Shown one piece after another: positions 1 through 9,615 of a DNA stretch of 64,000 nucleotides. The notes under the pieces were generated by a model. It was not told the DNA's origin. It did no database searches and saw nothing but the letters and a program-made list of their open reading frames with translations. A program made the translations under genes and the position numbers. Each line of letters starts with the position of its first letter. The first letter of the stretch is position 1. Source of the DNA: Gammaproteobacteria bacterium (GTDB lineage: Bacteria > Pseudomonadota > Gammaproteobacteria > UBA4575); the NCBI GenBank assembly GCA_965222615.1, contig CBDCUI010000007.1:704001-768000 (forward strand), written 5' to 3'.

Positions 1-1071
1 CTGTTTCGCAGTATGGGCATTTATGCACACAAAGGCCAACTTTATGATCCGGTCGATGCCGATCAAGTCATGTTCTACCATGAAGAGCAAGCCGGGCAAA
101 TATTAGAAGAAGGCATCACAGAAGCAGGCGCGATGTCTTCATGGATTGCTGCTGCAACTTCTTATAGTTACCACAACATGCCGATGATTCCATTTTATAT
201 TTACTACTCGATGTTTGGATTTCAACGTGTCGGAGATTTGGCTTGGGCCGCAGGCGATAGTCGCGCGCGAGGATTTCTAATTGGTGGTACGGCAGGTCGT
301 TCTACTCTTGCAGGCGAAGGTTTACAACACCAAGATGGGCACAGTCACATACTTGCTTCGACCATTCCCAATTGTCGTGCTTACGATCCGACATTTGCTT
401 ACGAATTTGCTGTGATTGTGCACCATGGCATGCAAAGTATGTATGTGCAGCAGGAAGATTACTATTACTACATCACCGTAATGAATGAGAATTATGAACA
501 TCCACCTATGCCGCAAGGTTGTGAAGAAGGCATCATTAAGGGCATGTATTTATTGCAAAAAAATCAAGTTAATAAGATGCAGGTCCAATTATTAGGCAGT
601 GGCGCGATATTGCGCGAAGTATTGCGCGCAGCAGAATTACTGCAAGAAGATTTTGATATCTCCGCAAATGTGTGGAGTGTAACCAGTTTTAATCGCTTGC
701 GTAGAGAGGGTATGGAGGTGCAACGTTGGAACATGCGGCATCCTAAAGAGCAACAAAAAACTACCTATGTGGAAGATTGTCTTAGCAATGCTCAAGGACC
801 CGTGATTGCGGCAACGGATTATATGAAAATCTACGCAGACCAAATTCGCTCTTATATTAAATCTAGATATATAGTGTTGGGAACAGATGGGTTTGGGCGC
901 AGCGATACACGTTACCAACTACGCAGATTCTTTGAAGTTGATGCTCGCAATATTGTAATGGCTGCACTACATGCGCTTGCCGAAGACGGGGAAATCGATA
1001 AATCAATAGTTCAGTCTGCGATAAAAAAATATGAGATCGATACAGAAAAACCGAATCCTGTTGTTTCTTAG
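1..1071 (+). CDS. aceE: Pyruvate dehydrogenase E1 component, homodimeric type (5' end outside the window)
   Basis: Frame open from base 1. Motifs EEGITEAGAMSSW, YSMFGFQR, EGLQHQDGHS and LGTDGFGRSDTR. Followed by E2. Confidence 0.97.
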   Translation: MFRSMGIYAHKGQLYDPVDADQVMFYHEEQAGQILEEGITEAGAMSSWIAAATSYSYHNMPMIPFYIYYSMFGFQRVGDLAWAAGDSRARGFLIGGTAGRSTLAGEGLQHQDGHSHILASTIPNCRAYDPTFAYEFAVIVHHGMQSMYVQQEDYYYYITVMNENYEHPPMPQGCEEGIIKGMYLLQKNQVNKMQVQLLGSGAILREVLRAAELLQEDFDISANVWSVTSFNRLRREGMEVQRWNMRHPKEQQKTTYVEDCLSNAQGPVIAATDYMKIYADQIRSYIKSRYIVLGTDGFGRSDTRYQLRRFFEVDARNIVMAALHALAEDGEIDKSIVQSAIKKYEIDTEKPNPVVS

Positions 1072-1077
1072 TTAAAA

Positions 1078-2355
1078 ATGGCTGCCTTGAAAGAAGTACA
1101 CATTACCGACATTGAGGAATTTGATGCTGTTGATGTTGTAGAAGTATTAGTGAAAGAAGGTGATGCGATTGAAATTGACCAACCACTTGTTACGATAGAA
1201 AGTGAGAAAGCTATGATGGATTTTCCATCGCCTTATAAAGGGGTTATTCAAAAAGTAAACGTTACAGAGGGTGGGCAAGTCAAGGAAGGTGACACATTAG
1301 TTGTGATTGCAACAGAAGAAAAATCTGCTGCTAAGCAAACTAAACAACTGGAAGCTGTTGATACCGATGCTAAATCTAATATGTTGGAATCGAATATAGA
1401 GATTAAAGAACCTAGTCCAGCACCAGTAGAAACTGGCCATATGCACAAAGTGGTTACAACAAATACTACGGTAGCTTATGCAAGTCCTGGGGTACAAAAA
1501 TATGCACGTGAACTGGGGGTGAACCTGAATAACATAGCCGGTAGTGGACGCCAACAAAGAGTGATACAAGCGGATGTACAGCAATACGTGCGTCATCAGT
1601 TAAATAGTAGTGGTGATACTCAGACTTTGGGTGCCACAAAGCAAAGACCTTTAGATTTTTCCATGCATGGAGAAGTAGAAGAAAAAGATTTGACTAAAGT
1701 GCAAAAAGTTACTGTGAAAAACATGTTAAACGCATGGCAGAGCATACCGCATGTGACTCATTTTGATCAGGCCGATGTCACCTTGTTGGAAAAGCACAGG
1801 AAACAACTTGCTGAAGAACTAAAACAAAAAAATATCAAGCTCACGCCTTTGGCCTTTGTGATTAAGGCCTTGATGGCTACCTTAAAGCAATTTCAAATAT
1901 TTAATGCATCGCTTGACTTAGCTTCTCAGAAGCTAATATTTAAAAAATATTTTCATATTGGAATTGCTGTGGATACACCACATGGATTATTAGTACCAGT
2001 GATGCGAGATGTGGATCAAAAAACCGTTACCCAAGTCGCAGCAGAATTAATAGAACTAAGTGAACTGGCAAGGCAAAGAAAGTTGACAGCAAAACAAATG
2101 TCAGGTGCAAGCATGACTATTTCAAGTTTAGGAAATTTAGGTGGACAAGCGTTTACACCGATCATAAATCCGCCTGAAGTCGCAATTTTGGGTTTATCTA
2201 AGATAAGAGTGATAGAAAAACCAGGCGTGCAACCTCAAAAATTACTTCCTCTATCCTTGTCTTACGATCATAGAGTGATCAATGGAGCCGATGCAGCACG
2301 CTTTTGTTCGCATTTAATAAACGTCCTCGAGGATATCTGGAAGCTTATTTTGTAA
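1078..2355 (+). CDS. aceF: Dihydrolipoamide acetyltransferase E2 with a single lipoyl domain
   Basis: Lipoyl motif ESEKAMMDFPSP, subunit-binding domain ASPGVQKYARELGV, catalytic SYDHRVING. Confidence 0.95.
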   Translation: MAALKEVHITDIEEFDAVDVVEVLVKEGDAIEIDQPLVTIESEKAMMDFPSPYKGVIQKVNVTEGGQVKEGDTLVVIATEEKSAAKQTKQLEAVDTDAKSNMLESNIEIKEPSPAPVETGHMHKVVTTNTTVAYASPGVQKYARELGVNLNNIAGSGRQQRVIQADVQQYVRHQLNSSGDTQTLGATKQRPLDFSMHGEVEEKDLTKVQKVTVKNMLNAWQSIPHVTHFDQADVTLLEKHRKQLAEELKQKNIKLTPLAFVIKALMATLKQFQIFNASLDLASQKLIFKKYFHIGIAVDTPHGLLVPVMRDVDQKTVTQVAAELIELSELARQRKLTAKQMSGASMTISSLGNLGGQAFTPIINPPEVAILGLSKIRVIEKPGVQPQKLLPLSLSYDHRVINGADAARFCSHLINVLEDIWKLIL

Positions 2356-2374
2356 TTGCTAAAATTCTATTCAA

Positions 2375-3475
2375 ATGCGTATTGGAATACTAAAAGAAAC
2401 CAAATCAGATGAATACCGAGTTGCGCTATTACCAGTGGGCGCACATTTATTAGTTGAAGATGGTCATGAACTTTTAATCGAGACACAAGCCGGGCGTGGC
2501 AGTGGTTATCATGATGAAGAGTATATTAAGGCGGGTGCAAAAATAGTTGCATCGGCTCAAACGATATTTAATGAATGTGAATTAGTCGTAAAAGTAAAAG
2601 AACCGCAAGAGCAAGAACTAGAATTTTTATCTGCTTCGCATATCGTGTTTGGTTATTTTCATTTTGCCAGTTCCAAAACATTGACCGAAAAGTGCCTACA
2701 GCAAAAAGTTACTGCACTGGCCTATGAAACGCTAACTGATACACATGGACAATTGCCATTGCTTAAACCGATGAGCGAAGTAGCGGGCAAGATGTCAATC
2801 CAAGAAGGCGCCAAATGTTTGGAAAAACCTATGATGGGGCGCGGGATTCTATTGGGAGGTGTAACCGGAGTTGCGCCTGCAAATGTATTGATATTAGGAG
2901 CCGGTATCGTAGGTTCCAATGCGGCGCGTGTTGCTGCAGGTTTGGGTGCAAACGTCGTGGTAATGGATATCGATATTGAAAAGCTTCGTCATTTAGATGA
3001 AGTAATGCCTGCTAACGTTACCACTATGTATTCCGACCCACATGCAGTAGAAGAATTTGCACTACAAGCCGATTTGGTAATTGGTGCGTTACTTATTCCT
3101 GGTGCGCGCGCACCTAGATTGATTAGCCATGAGTTGCTGAAACAAATGAAGCGCGGCGCGGTATTAGTAGATGTTTCGATTGATCAAGGCGGATGTTTTG
3201 AAACCAGCAAGCCGACGACACACCATGATCCAATATTCATTGTCGACGATATTGTTCACTACTGTGTCACGAATATACCGGGTGCGGTAAGTCGTACCAG
3301 CAGTCAAGCATTATGTAACTCAACTTTACCGTACATACGTAAGCTGAGTAATTTAGGCTTAGAAGGTTTTCTGAATCAAGGCAAAGGGATGCGCAATGCC
3401 TTAAATTTGTATGACGGTAAGATTAAACACATTGAAGTAGCCAATGCCTTTCCGAGTTTACCCAATAGTTTTTAA
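2375..3475 (+). CDS. ald: Alanine dehydrogenase
   Basis: MRIGILKETK..EYRVAL, VVKVKEP, PMSEVAG, GAGIVG Rossmann motif, VSIDQGGCFETS. Confidence 0.95.
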   Translation: MRIGILKETKSDEYRVALLPVGAHLLVEDGHELLIETQAGRGSGYHDEEYIKAGAKIVASAQTIFNECELVVKVKEPQEQELEFLSASHIVFGYFHFASSKTLTEKCLQQKVTALAYETLTDTHGQLPLLKPMSEVAGKMSIQEGAKCLEKPMMGRGILLGGVTGVAPANVLILGAGIVGSNAARVAAGLGANVVVMDIDIEKLRHLDEVMPANVTTMYSDPHAVEEFALQADLVIGALLIPGARAPRLISHELLKQMKRGAVLVDVSIDQGGCFETSKPTTHHDPIFIVDDIVHYCVTNIPGAVSRTSSQALCNSTLPYIRKLSNLGLEGFLNQGKGMRNALNLYDGKIKHIEVANAFPSLPNSF

Positions 3476-3481
3476 ACAAGA

Positions 3482-4069
3482 CTACTTATACTCAATAATA
3501 TAGATCGCTGAACCTAAAGCGATCAGAACTATTTCAATAAAGCTTATACATAATATTAAATAAGTTACTCTTCTTGCAGTGGGCCGCATGGGTAACCAAA
3601 TGCGATTTTTATAATATCGCCAAGGTGAAAACCAAGACCAACGATGCCAATCGATAAGAAATTCTTGTAAATTTTCCGCCCATTTATTTAGACTTTTGTC
3701 AACTTTATGAAGTTTTTGACGGCGTTTTTCTTCTGGCAGTCCCGTGTATTTTTCAGTGATTGTCAATTTTGAGCCATTGGTTATTTCCTGAATAGTAAAT
3801 GCAGTGCTCGATTTTAGTCCTCGCCGATAGAGGATTTCTAATCCATCTGTTTTCTTTTGTATTTGTAAGTCTGTTGTAATTTCAAAAGCTGGATTTTGGC
3901 TGTGATTGATGGCATGAAAAAGAAAATGCTGATCTGACAATTTTTCCCATTTTTTTATATCTAAAAAGGGATTTATTCGTAGTAAACGTTCTACATCTTG
4001 ACAAAAATTTAGTAAGACGCGTTTATTTAAAGGTGTTTTAAATTCTGCCCAGGCTTTATCTTCAGGCAT
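3482..4069 (-). CDS. Hypothetical protein with C-terminal TM helix, last gene of the YeiH-USP operon
   Basis: 195-aa ORF overlapping the USP stop. Trp-rich segment followed by a hydrophobic C-terminus. Confidence 0.75.
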   Translation of the reverse strand: MPEDKAWAEFKTPLNKRVLLNFCQDVERLLRINPFLDIKKWEKLSDQHFLFHAINHSQNPAFEITTDLQIQKKTDGLEILYRRGLKSSTAFTIQEITNGSKLTITEKYTGLPEEKRRQKLHKVDKSLNKWAENLQEFLIDWHRWSWFSPWRYYKNRIWLPMRPTARRVTYLILCISFIEIVLIALGSAIYIIEYK

Positions 4070-4523
4070 TTGGATGGGGTACTACCATGAGTGTTCGAGC
4101 CAAAGTATTGGTAATGGCTTTAGACAACATTTTCGATTTCAAGCCGTGCATTTTTTTAGGCCTTGTTGATCCCATTACGACTAAATCAAAATTATCTTGT
4201 GAATAGGTATCCAACAGGCACTTTTGTGGCTGGCCAAATAAAATTTTTTGTGCATAGTTTACGTTATGATTTTCAAAATCTTCACGTACACGCATACAGT
4301 TTTGATGAGCTTCTTGTTCAAGTTGATTTTCTAAATAATCAACAAATTGTCTTTGGGTGCAAACATTGTTAAGCCAATCATCCCCTAAGATATGTTGCCA
4401 AAATTCTGGTATTACATGAAGATGAGTTACATGTGCTGTTGGAGCGCTAAACTTTAAAGCAACTTGTTCTGCTTGTCTCGCGCCAATAGAGCCATGGCTA
4501 GCTAACAAAATGTTTCTACACAT
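4062..4523 (-). CDS. Universal stress protein (USP family)
   Basis: N-terminal ILLASHGS and C-terminal FDLVVMGS...LMVVP pattern of USP domains. Confidence 0.88.
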   Translation of the reverse strand: MCRNILLASHGSIGARQAEQVALKFSAPTAHVTHLHVIPEFWQHILGDDWLNNVCTQRQFVDYLENQLEQEAHQNCMRVREDFENHNVNYAQKILFGQPQKCLLDTYSQDNFDLVVMGSTRPKKMHGLKSKMLSKAITNTLARTLMVVPHPNA

Positions 4524-4536
4524 CTTACTTTATAGA

Positions 4537-4659
4537 TCAATAAACGAGATACACGAGTAGAGCAATGAGTAATGCCAAGACTAATGCAACAAAGTCTTCT
4601 CTACGGTCACTATTAAAAATCGATAATTTTGAACCACGATCAAATTTGGTTTCATCCAT
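4537..4659 (-). CDS. Small 40-aa membrane protein (MDETKFDRGSKLSIFNSDRREDFVALVLALLIALLVYLVY), not in the ORF track
   Basis: ATG at 4659 with AGGA RBS 7 nt upstream, TGA at 4537-4539. Fills the gap between the transporter and USP. One C-terminal TM helix. Confidence 0.75.
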   Translation of the reverse strand: MDETKFDRGSKLSIFNSDRREDFVALVLALLIALLVYLVY

Positions 4660-4669
4660 TGTAATTTCC

Positions 4670-6250
4670 TTAAATTGTTTCTGAAATAAGTAATACCACA
4701 ACAATCAGCGAAAGCGCCGCTTTAATAGCACCTACAATTCCACCTATTACCGCAGGTTGGCCTCCTGCCTGCCGCATAGAAGACACAGTAATCTGCATAC
4801 CAAGACCAACCAAGCCAAATGCAAATAACCAGGTAATCCAGTCTCTAAAGGCTTTAATTTTTTTAGCGGTGTGACGCACAGCCTTATGCGATTTTTTAAG
4901 TACAGCATTTGCCTCTTTAGAAAGGACTTTGGCATTCACGAGTCCACGTAAAGTATCGTCATCATCGATAGACATTACCTTGCCGCTAGTAATTAATCGT
5001 TGCAGTGCTTGTTTGCGTTGTTCTCGTTGAACTTTTGTGAGCTCACTATTTAACAATGAGACTTCATCTGAAGTAAGCAAATTCTCTTTTTTAAAGCCAG
5101 AGCTTGTTGTGTTGCCAAAATACTTTCCTTTGTAATGATTAGCCGGTGCAAAGATTCCCGTAGTCGATAATGCAAATAATAAAATAAAACCTAAAACAAA
5201 GACTGGGAATTTTTCAAAAACTACTTTGCCTACATTCACTTGTGTGGTTACTGTGTCTTCACGTTTTACATACCAGATTGCTAACCACAGTACGATAATA
5301 GGTAGAACTAATACACGGGTGATATTAAAAATTTCTGCAACCTTAAGGGTTTCTATTCCATCAGGTTGGTAGGCAAGCGCTGCTCCCGCTACTTGTGCAG
5401 AGTTTAAAATTCCAGTACCTGCCCAAGCGCCAAACTGTACATGAGAGAGATTTAATAAATGACCTACAATGGGGAACAAAAACATACACATGACACCCCA
5501 TAATAAAATGGTGCCAATCGTATAAGCGATCTCAACAGATTTTGCCTGTACAACAGGTGCAGCAGCAACGGTTGCCGAAACCCCACATACACCCATGCCA
5601 GCAGATAAAACCCCACCCATTGAATTTGGAATTTTTCTGCGTCGGCCTAGCCAAAGTACAAGGCCTACGGAGCCCAGTACGAAAAAACCAATCATGATAA
5701 TAGAAAGCCCACCAAGGTTTTTAAGTTCTGCTGCACTGTAAAGTGTTCCCAAAAGGATGACGCCCGTTTTTAACCCCAGGCGCGAAAGTCGCACTCCATT
5801 TTCTGCCCAACTTGGAACCCTAAACATATTCACAATAATGATTCCGGCAAGAATCCCCAGCACAACGTAATTTAAACCAAGTATTTTGTGCAGGTGTTTA
5901 CCAGTATTACCGATTTCACCCATTGCAGTACTCAGCACTTCTATCTCAGGTGCGATAAACCAGCGCACCAACATAGCAATAAGTAGAATAAACATTGCAC
6001 CCGCAACCGTGGATAAGTAATAGTCACCCGCACCTTCTTTGTGTGTACCTAACCATTGCCAAATTCCAACCACAATTGAAATGATTCCAAAATACAAAGG
6101 CAGGGTGGCAAGCTCATCTTGGTACTTATACTTAGTCCCACCTAAATGTTGGATATAATTTGCTAGTAAATCTGAATTGGCCAAATACCAAATGGCCAGC
6201 ATAATGATGCCAATAATAAATAGGGCAGGTGTTTTTTTAGTGTAGACCAT
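4670..6250 (-). CDS. Putative sulfate/sulfite exporter (YeiH/PSE family), long form
   Basis: Polytopic membrane protein with LKTGVILLG, GMGVCGVSATVAAAPVV, GAWAGTGILNSAQV and FAFGLVGLGM motifs. Extra N-terminal TMs and a soluble insert. Confidence 0.85.
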   Translation of the reverse strand: MVYTKKTPALFIIGIIMLAIWYLANSDLLANYIQHLGGTKYKYQDELATLPLYFGIISIVVGIWQWLGTHKEGAGDYYLSTVAGAMFILLIAMLVRWFIAPEIEVLSTAMGEIGNTGKHLHKILGLNYVVLGILAGIIIVNMFRVPSWAENGVRLSRLGLKTGVILLGTLYSAAELKNLGGLSIIMIGFFVLGSVGLVLWLGRRRKIPNSMGGVLSAGMGVCGVSATVAAAPVVQAKSVEIAYTIGTILLWGVMCMFLFPIVGHLLNLSHVQFGAWAGTGILNSAQVAGAALAYQPDGIETLKVAEIFNITRVLVLPIIVLWLAIWYVKREDTVTTQVNVGKVVFEKFPVFVLGFILLFALSTTGIFAPANHYKGKYFGNTTSSGFKKENLLTSDEVSLLNSELTKVQREQRKQALQRLITSGKVMSIDDDDTLRGLVNAKVLSKEANAVLKKSHKAVRHTAKKIKAFRDWITWLFAFGLVGLGMQITVSSMRQAGGQPAVIGGIVGAIKAALSLIVVVLLISETI

Positions 6251-6415
6251 TGAGCACCTTTTCTTTTTTATTGTACTTACATATTCTGCAGTTAATTTGT
6301 GATGTAGAGTGATTTAGGTGTAATTAACTTTTATCATTAGGCCTTTATTGAGAGTAACGGTAAGATCTACAAATAACAAGTTGTATTAATTATTTTTATC
6401 AAAGTCTATCGAGTA

Positions 6416-8314
6416 ATGACTAAAAAATATACGGTTGATTGGGACGATATTCCAATACAAAGGAAATGTATCAATACTGCGTTTTATAAATTACTGCAAA
6501 GCCGAATCAGTCGGCGCAAGTTGTTAATCAACACTGGTTTGCTAAGTACAAATTTAACTATATGTGCAACCACTAATGCTAAAAAAGATTCTAGTATTGG
6601 TTTTACAGAAATTTCACACGGCTTAGATGAAAGGCTACACGTTGCAGCTGAATACTCACACCAGGTTTTATTGAAATGGGGCGACCCGATTTTCAAACAC
6701 GCTCCAAAATTTGATCCATTTAATCAAACCCCCCACTCACAAAAACAGCAGTTTGGTTACAATAATGATTTTGTCACCTACATACCATTGCAATTAAAGG
6801 AAAATTCTTCTGAGCATGGTTTGCTGGTGGTCAATCATGAATATGTTAATAGTTCATTAATGCATTCCGGCTCACCAAAAGCGGATAATTTGAACAAACT
6901 ACAAATTGATACTGAAATATTTGCACATGGTTTAAGTATTGTCGAAATTCAAAAGCAAAAAGACACCTGGCAAGTAATTCTTGAATCAAATAAAAATCGA
7001 CGCATCACTCCTCATACCGGAATGATTTTTTCTGGCCCTGCAGCTGGACATCGACGCTTACGCACTTCGTTTGCACCCGATGGCAAACAATGTATCGGTA
7101 CTTTTGCTAACTGTGCCGGCGGCGTAACACCTTGGGGTACGGTATTGACCGCTGAAGAAAACGTTCAGGCCTATTTTATGGGTCAAGCGAAAAACACCAA
7201 TGAATACTCTAACTATAAACGCTTTGGTTTATTAGGCGATCGAACCGCACTTTCTATTTGGGGCAAATACCATGAACGTTGGAATCTCGATAAACATCCG
7301 CAGGTGGGGAACCATGCAGGGTGGATCGTAGAAATAGATCCATTTGATCCGAACTTTACTCCTATTAAAAGAACGGCATTGGGTCGCTGTAAACATGAAG
7401 GTTGTGATGTTGTTATTAATAAAGATGGTCGGGTTGTTGTGTATATGGGTGATGATCAAGCGTATGAATATGTGTACAGGTTTATCAGTAAGGAAAAATA
7501 TCGGCCGGGTAATAAAAAGCATAATATGTCATTGTTGGATGAAGGGGAGTTAGCAGTAGCCGAATTTAACGATCAAGGTACAGTTACTTGGCATCCTCTG
7601 GTTTGGGGTAGAAATCCTCATATCAAGCAAAATGGATTTAACAGTCAAGCAGATGTAGTGATTGAGGCCAGAAGAGCTGCTGATTTGGTAGGTGCAACCC
7701 CAATGGATCGCCCTGAAGAGATTAAAGTGAATCCTGTTTCAGGAAATGTTTTTGCTGTGTTTACCAATAATATAAGACGCGGCCCGCTACAAACAGATGC
7801 AGCAAACCCACGTGTACTCAATCGGCATGGACACATACTCGAACTAATTCCCCCCAAACAAGATCATAGTGCACGCGAGTATCAGTGGGAGGTATTTTTA
7901 CTCGCAGGGGATCCTCAAGATAAATTGGATCAAGCCTTTTATCATACAGAGCTTAGCAAAAACGGATGGTTTTCCTGTCCTGATAATTGCTCATTCGATC
8001 ATCAAGGCAACTTGTGGATTGCGACTGATGGTTTTTACCGTTTTGGTCATTCAGATGGAATTTGGGTGTGTGCAACACAGAGTGATAACAAGGCCTTGTG
8101 TAAACATTTTCTTCGTGCACCAAGAGAGGCTGAAATTTGTAGTCCCTGCTTTACACCAGATCACAAAACCATGTTTTGTTCTGTACAGCACCCTGGAGAC
8201 GATTCAAGTTTTGATCAGCCTACTACTCGTTGGCCAGATTTTGATAACAATATGCCTCCACGCCCCGCAGTGATTGCAGTAACTCATAAGCAAGGCAAAG
8301 TCATTGGTAATTAA
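6416..8314 (+). CDS. phoX: PhoX-family alkaline phosphatase, Tat-exported
   Basis: Tat motif SRRKLL; GYNNDF, VNHEY, NCAGGVTPWGTVLTAEEN, RTALGRCKHE, MDRPE, PDN and SVQHPG motifs. Confidence 0.93.
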   Translation: MTKKYTVDWDDIPIQRKCINTAFYKLLQSRISRRKLLINTGLLSTNLTICATTNAKKDSSIGFTEISHGLDERLHVAAEYSHQVLLKWGDPIFKHAPKFDPFNQTPHSQKQQFGYNNDFVTYIPLQLKENSSEHGLLVVNHEYVNSSLMHSGSPKADNLNKLQIDTEIFAHGLSIVEIQKQKDTWQVILESNKNRRITPHTGMIFSGPAAGHRRLRTSFAPDGKQCIGTFANCAGGVTPWGTVLTAEENVQAYFMGQAKNTNEYSNYKRFGLLGDRTALSIWGKYHERWNLDKHPQVGNHAGWIVEIDPFDPNFTPIKRTALGRCKHEGCDVVINKDGRVVVYMGDDQAYEYVYRFISKEKYRPGNKKHNMSLLDEGELAVAEFNDQGTVTWHPLVWGRNPHIKQNGFNSQADVVIEARRAADLVGATPMDRPEEIKVNPVSGNVFAVFTNNIRRGPLQTDAANPRVLNRHGHILELIPPKQDHSAREYQWEVFLLAGDPQDKLDQAFYHTELSKNGWFSCPDNCSFDHQGNLWIATDGFYRFGHSDGIWVCATQSDNKALCKHFLRAPREAEICSPCFTPDHKTMFCSVQHPGDDSSFDQPTTRWPDFDNNMPPRPAVIAVTHKQGKVIGN

Positions 8315-8331
8315 CTTTAACTCGCTTTATT

Positions 8332-8652
8332 TTAGTAATTTTCGTTTTGCTCTATCCTATCTTTTGGATGAATAAATCTATCTGTCCATGGGGATTGTTG
8401 CATAAACTCTAAAAATTCAAAACGGTTAATCGTGCCATTATTATTTTCATCATAACGCGCAAAGATCTCATCATCCGCTAGATTATAAACATTTTTAGCT
8501 TCATCACGGTCAAGACGCTCATTTCTATCTAAATCTGCACTCCAGAACAATCCATCCTCATAGCCTTTACCGCCACCCGCACCGAAACCAGCTATTGAAA
8601 TTGCCGGAATTGCGACTGCAGATAGTATAAAAATTGAAATAAATGTTTTCAT
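8332..8652 (-). CDS. Secreted EF-hand Ca2+-binding protein
   Basis: Signal peptide and two EF-hand loops (DLDRNERLDRDE, DENNNGTINRFE). Confidence 0.75.
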   Translation of the reverse strand: MKTFISIFILSAVAIPAISIAGFGAGGGKGYEDGLFWSADLDRNERLDRDEAKNVYNLADDEIFARYDENNNGTINRFEFLEFMQQSPWTDRFIHPKDRIEQNENY

Positions 8653-8781
8653 AGTCGCCTCGTTGTTATTTATATGGTTAAGAAGACCTATTAGTTAGTG
8701 GAAGTATTTCACAATAAGGTTCAATTCAAGCTTTAATAAAATAGCTAATGAAGGTTCTAGACTGTTTTTATGACCTATTTT

Positions 8782-9450
8782 TTAAGGTGTTACAGGCGAT
8801 TTAATTTGTAATGCCATAAGCAAAGTAGCTAAACCTTGGTCCAGTCTAATAATACTATTTTTCCAGACTGAATGGTCATTTGTACATTTGTTTGTATTTT
8901 GAAAATCATCAGATTTTGATTCTTGTTCACGTACTAAAAGACCAGACTGTGTGCGAAACACAATAAAAACTGTATTTGTCCTCATTTTTTCATATACAGA
9001 ACTGCCATATTTGGTGTCTACCAAGTCAAACTTTTCATTGTATTGTTCAGCGATCTTACTTAGGTCAAGAGTCGTAATGGGTTTAAGGTCATGTGCAATA
9101 TGTTGTTTAGAATTTTCATCTTGTATATCAGTGTAACGACCTGATAGTCGTTCAATTCTATATAAAGCATCAATTCCAAATAAGTTCACCCATGATTTCC
9201 ATTTCAAAAATTGGGCATCGATACGCCACTCGTCTCCGTATACTTTATATACGTTGCTATCGCAAAAATTGCCAAGACGAATTGTCGCATCATATTCTTG
9301 AGTATTAATTTGGTTAAAAGTTAGTTGTGCAATTGGTTTTTCATCTATTAAATGTTTGTAGGTATATAAATTTGCAAGTACTAAGACAGCGAACACAACA
9401 GCAAAAACAAATAGTAACTTTAAAAATATTCGAAACAGTAGTTTTAACAT
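8782..9450 (-). CDS. Conserved hypothetical membrane-anchored protein
   Basis: N-terminal TM helix. GDEWRIDAQFLKWK, YRIERLSGRY and YGSSVY motifs of an uncharacterised proteobacterial family. Confidence 0.7.
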   Translation of the reverse strand: MLKLLFRIFLKLLFVFAVVFAVLVLANLYTYKHLIDEKPIAQLTFNQINTQEYDATIRLGNFCDSNVYKVYGDEWRIDAQFLKWKSWVNLFGIDALYRIERLSGRYTDIQDENSKQHIAHDLKPITTLDLSKIAEQYNEKFDLVDTKYGSSVYEKMRTNTVFIVFRTQSGLLVREQESKSDDFQNTNKCTNDHSVWKNSIIRLDQGLATLLMALQIKSPVTP

Positions 9451-9615
9451 GGTTGTATTTGCTTCTTAGCGGTTATTTACAGTCTTTGTAGATTCTAATT
9501 ACAAGATGTATGATTTTAATGCCGTTTGTCCTACTAATTGGACCATTTACAAGGAAGAAAGCAAGTTATGCACTTAGTCTAATAAAATAAAACGTAGTGA
9601 GTTGGAGTTGGAATA

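Noticed and set aside
2260-2300. HRVING instead of HRVIDG in E2 as a sign of inactivation
   Set aside because: Asn at this position occurs in active Azotobacter/Pseudomonas-type E2p.
6251-6415. Pho box upstream of phoX
   Set aside because: No convincing tandem CTGTCAT-like 11-bp repeats.
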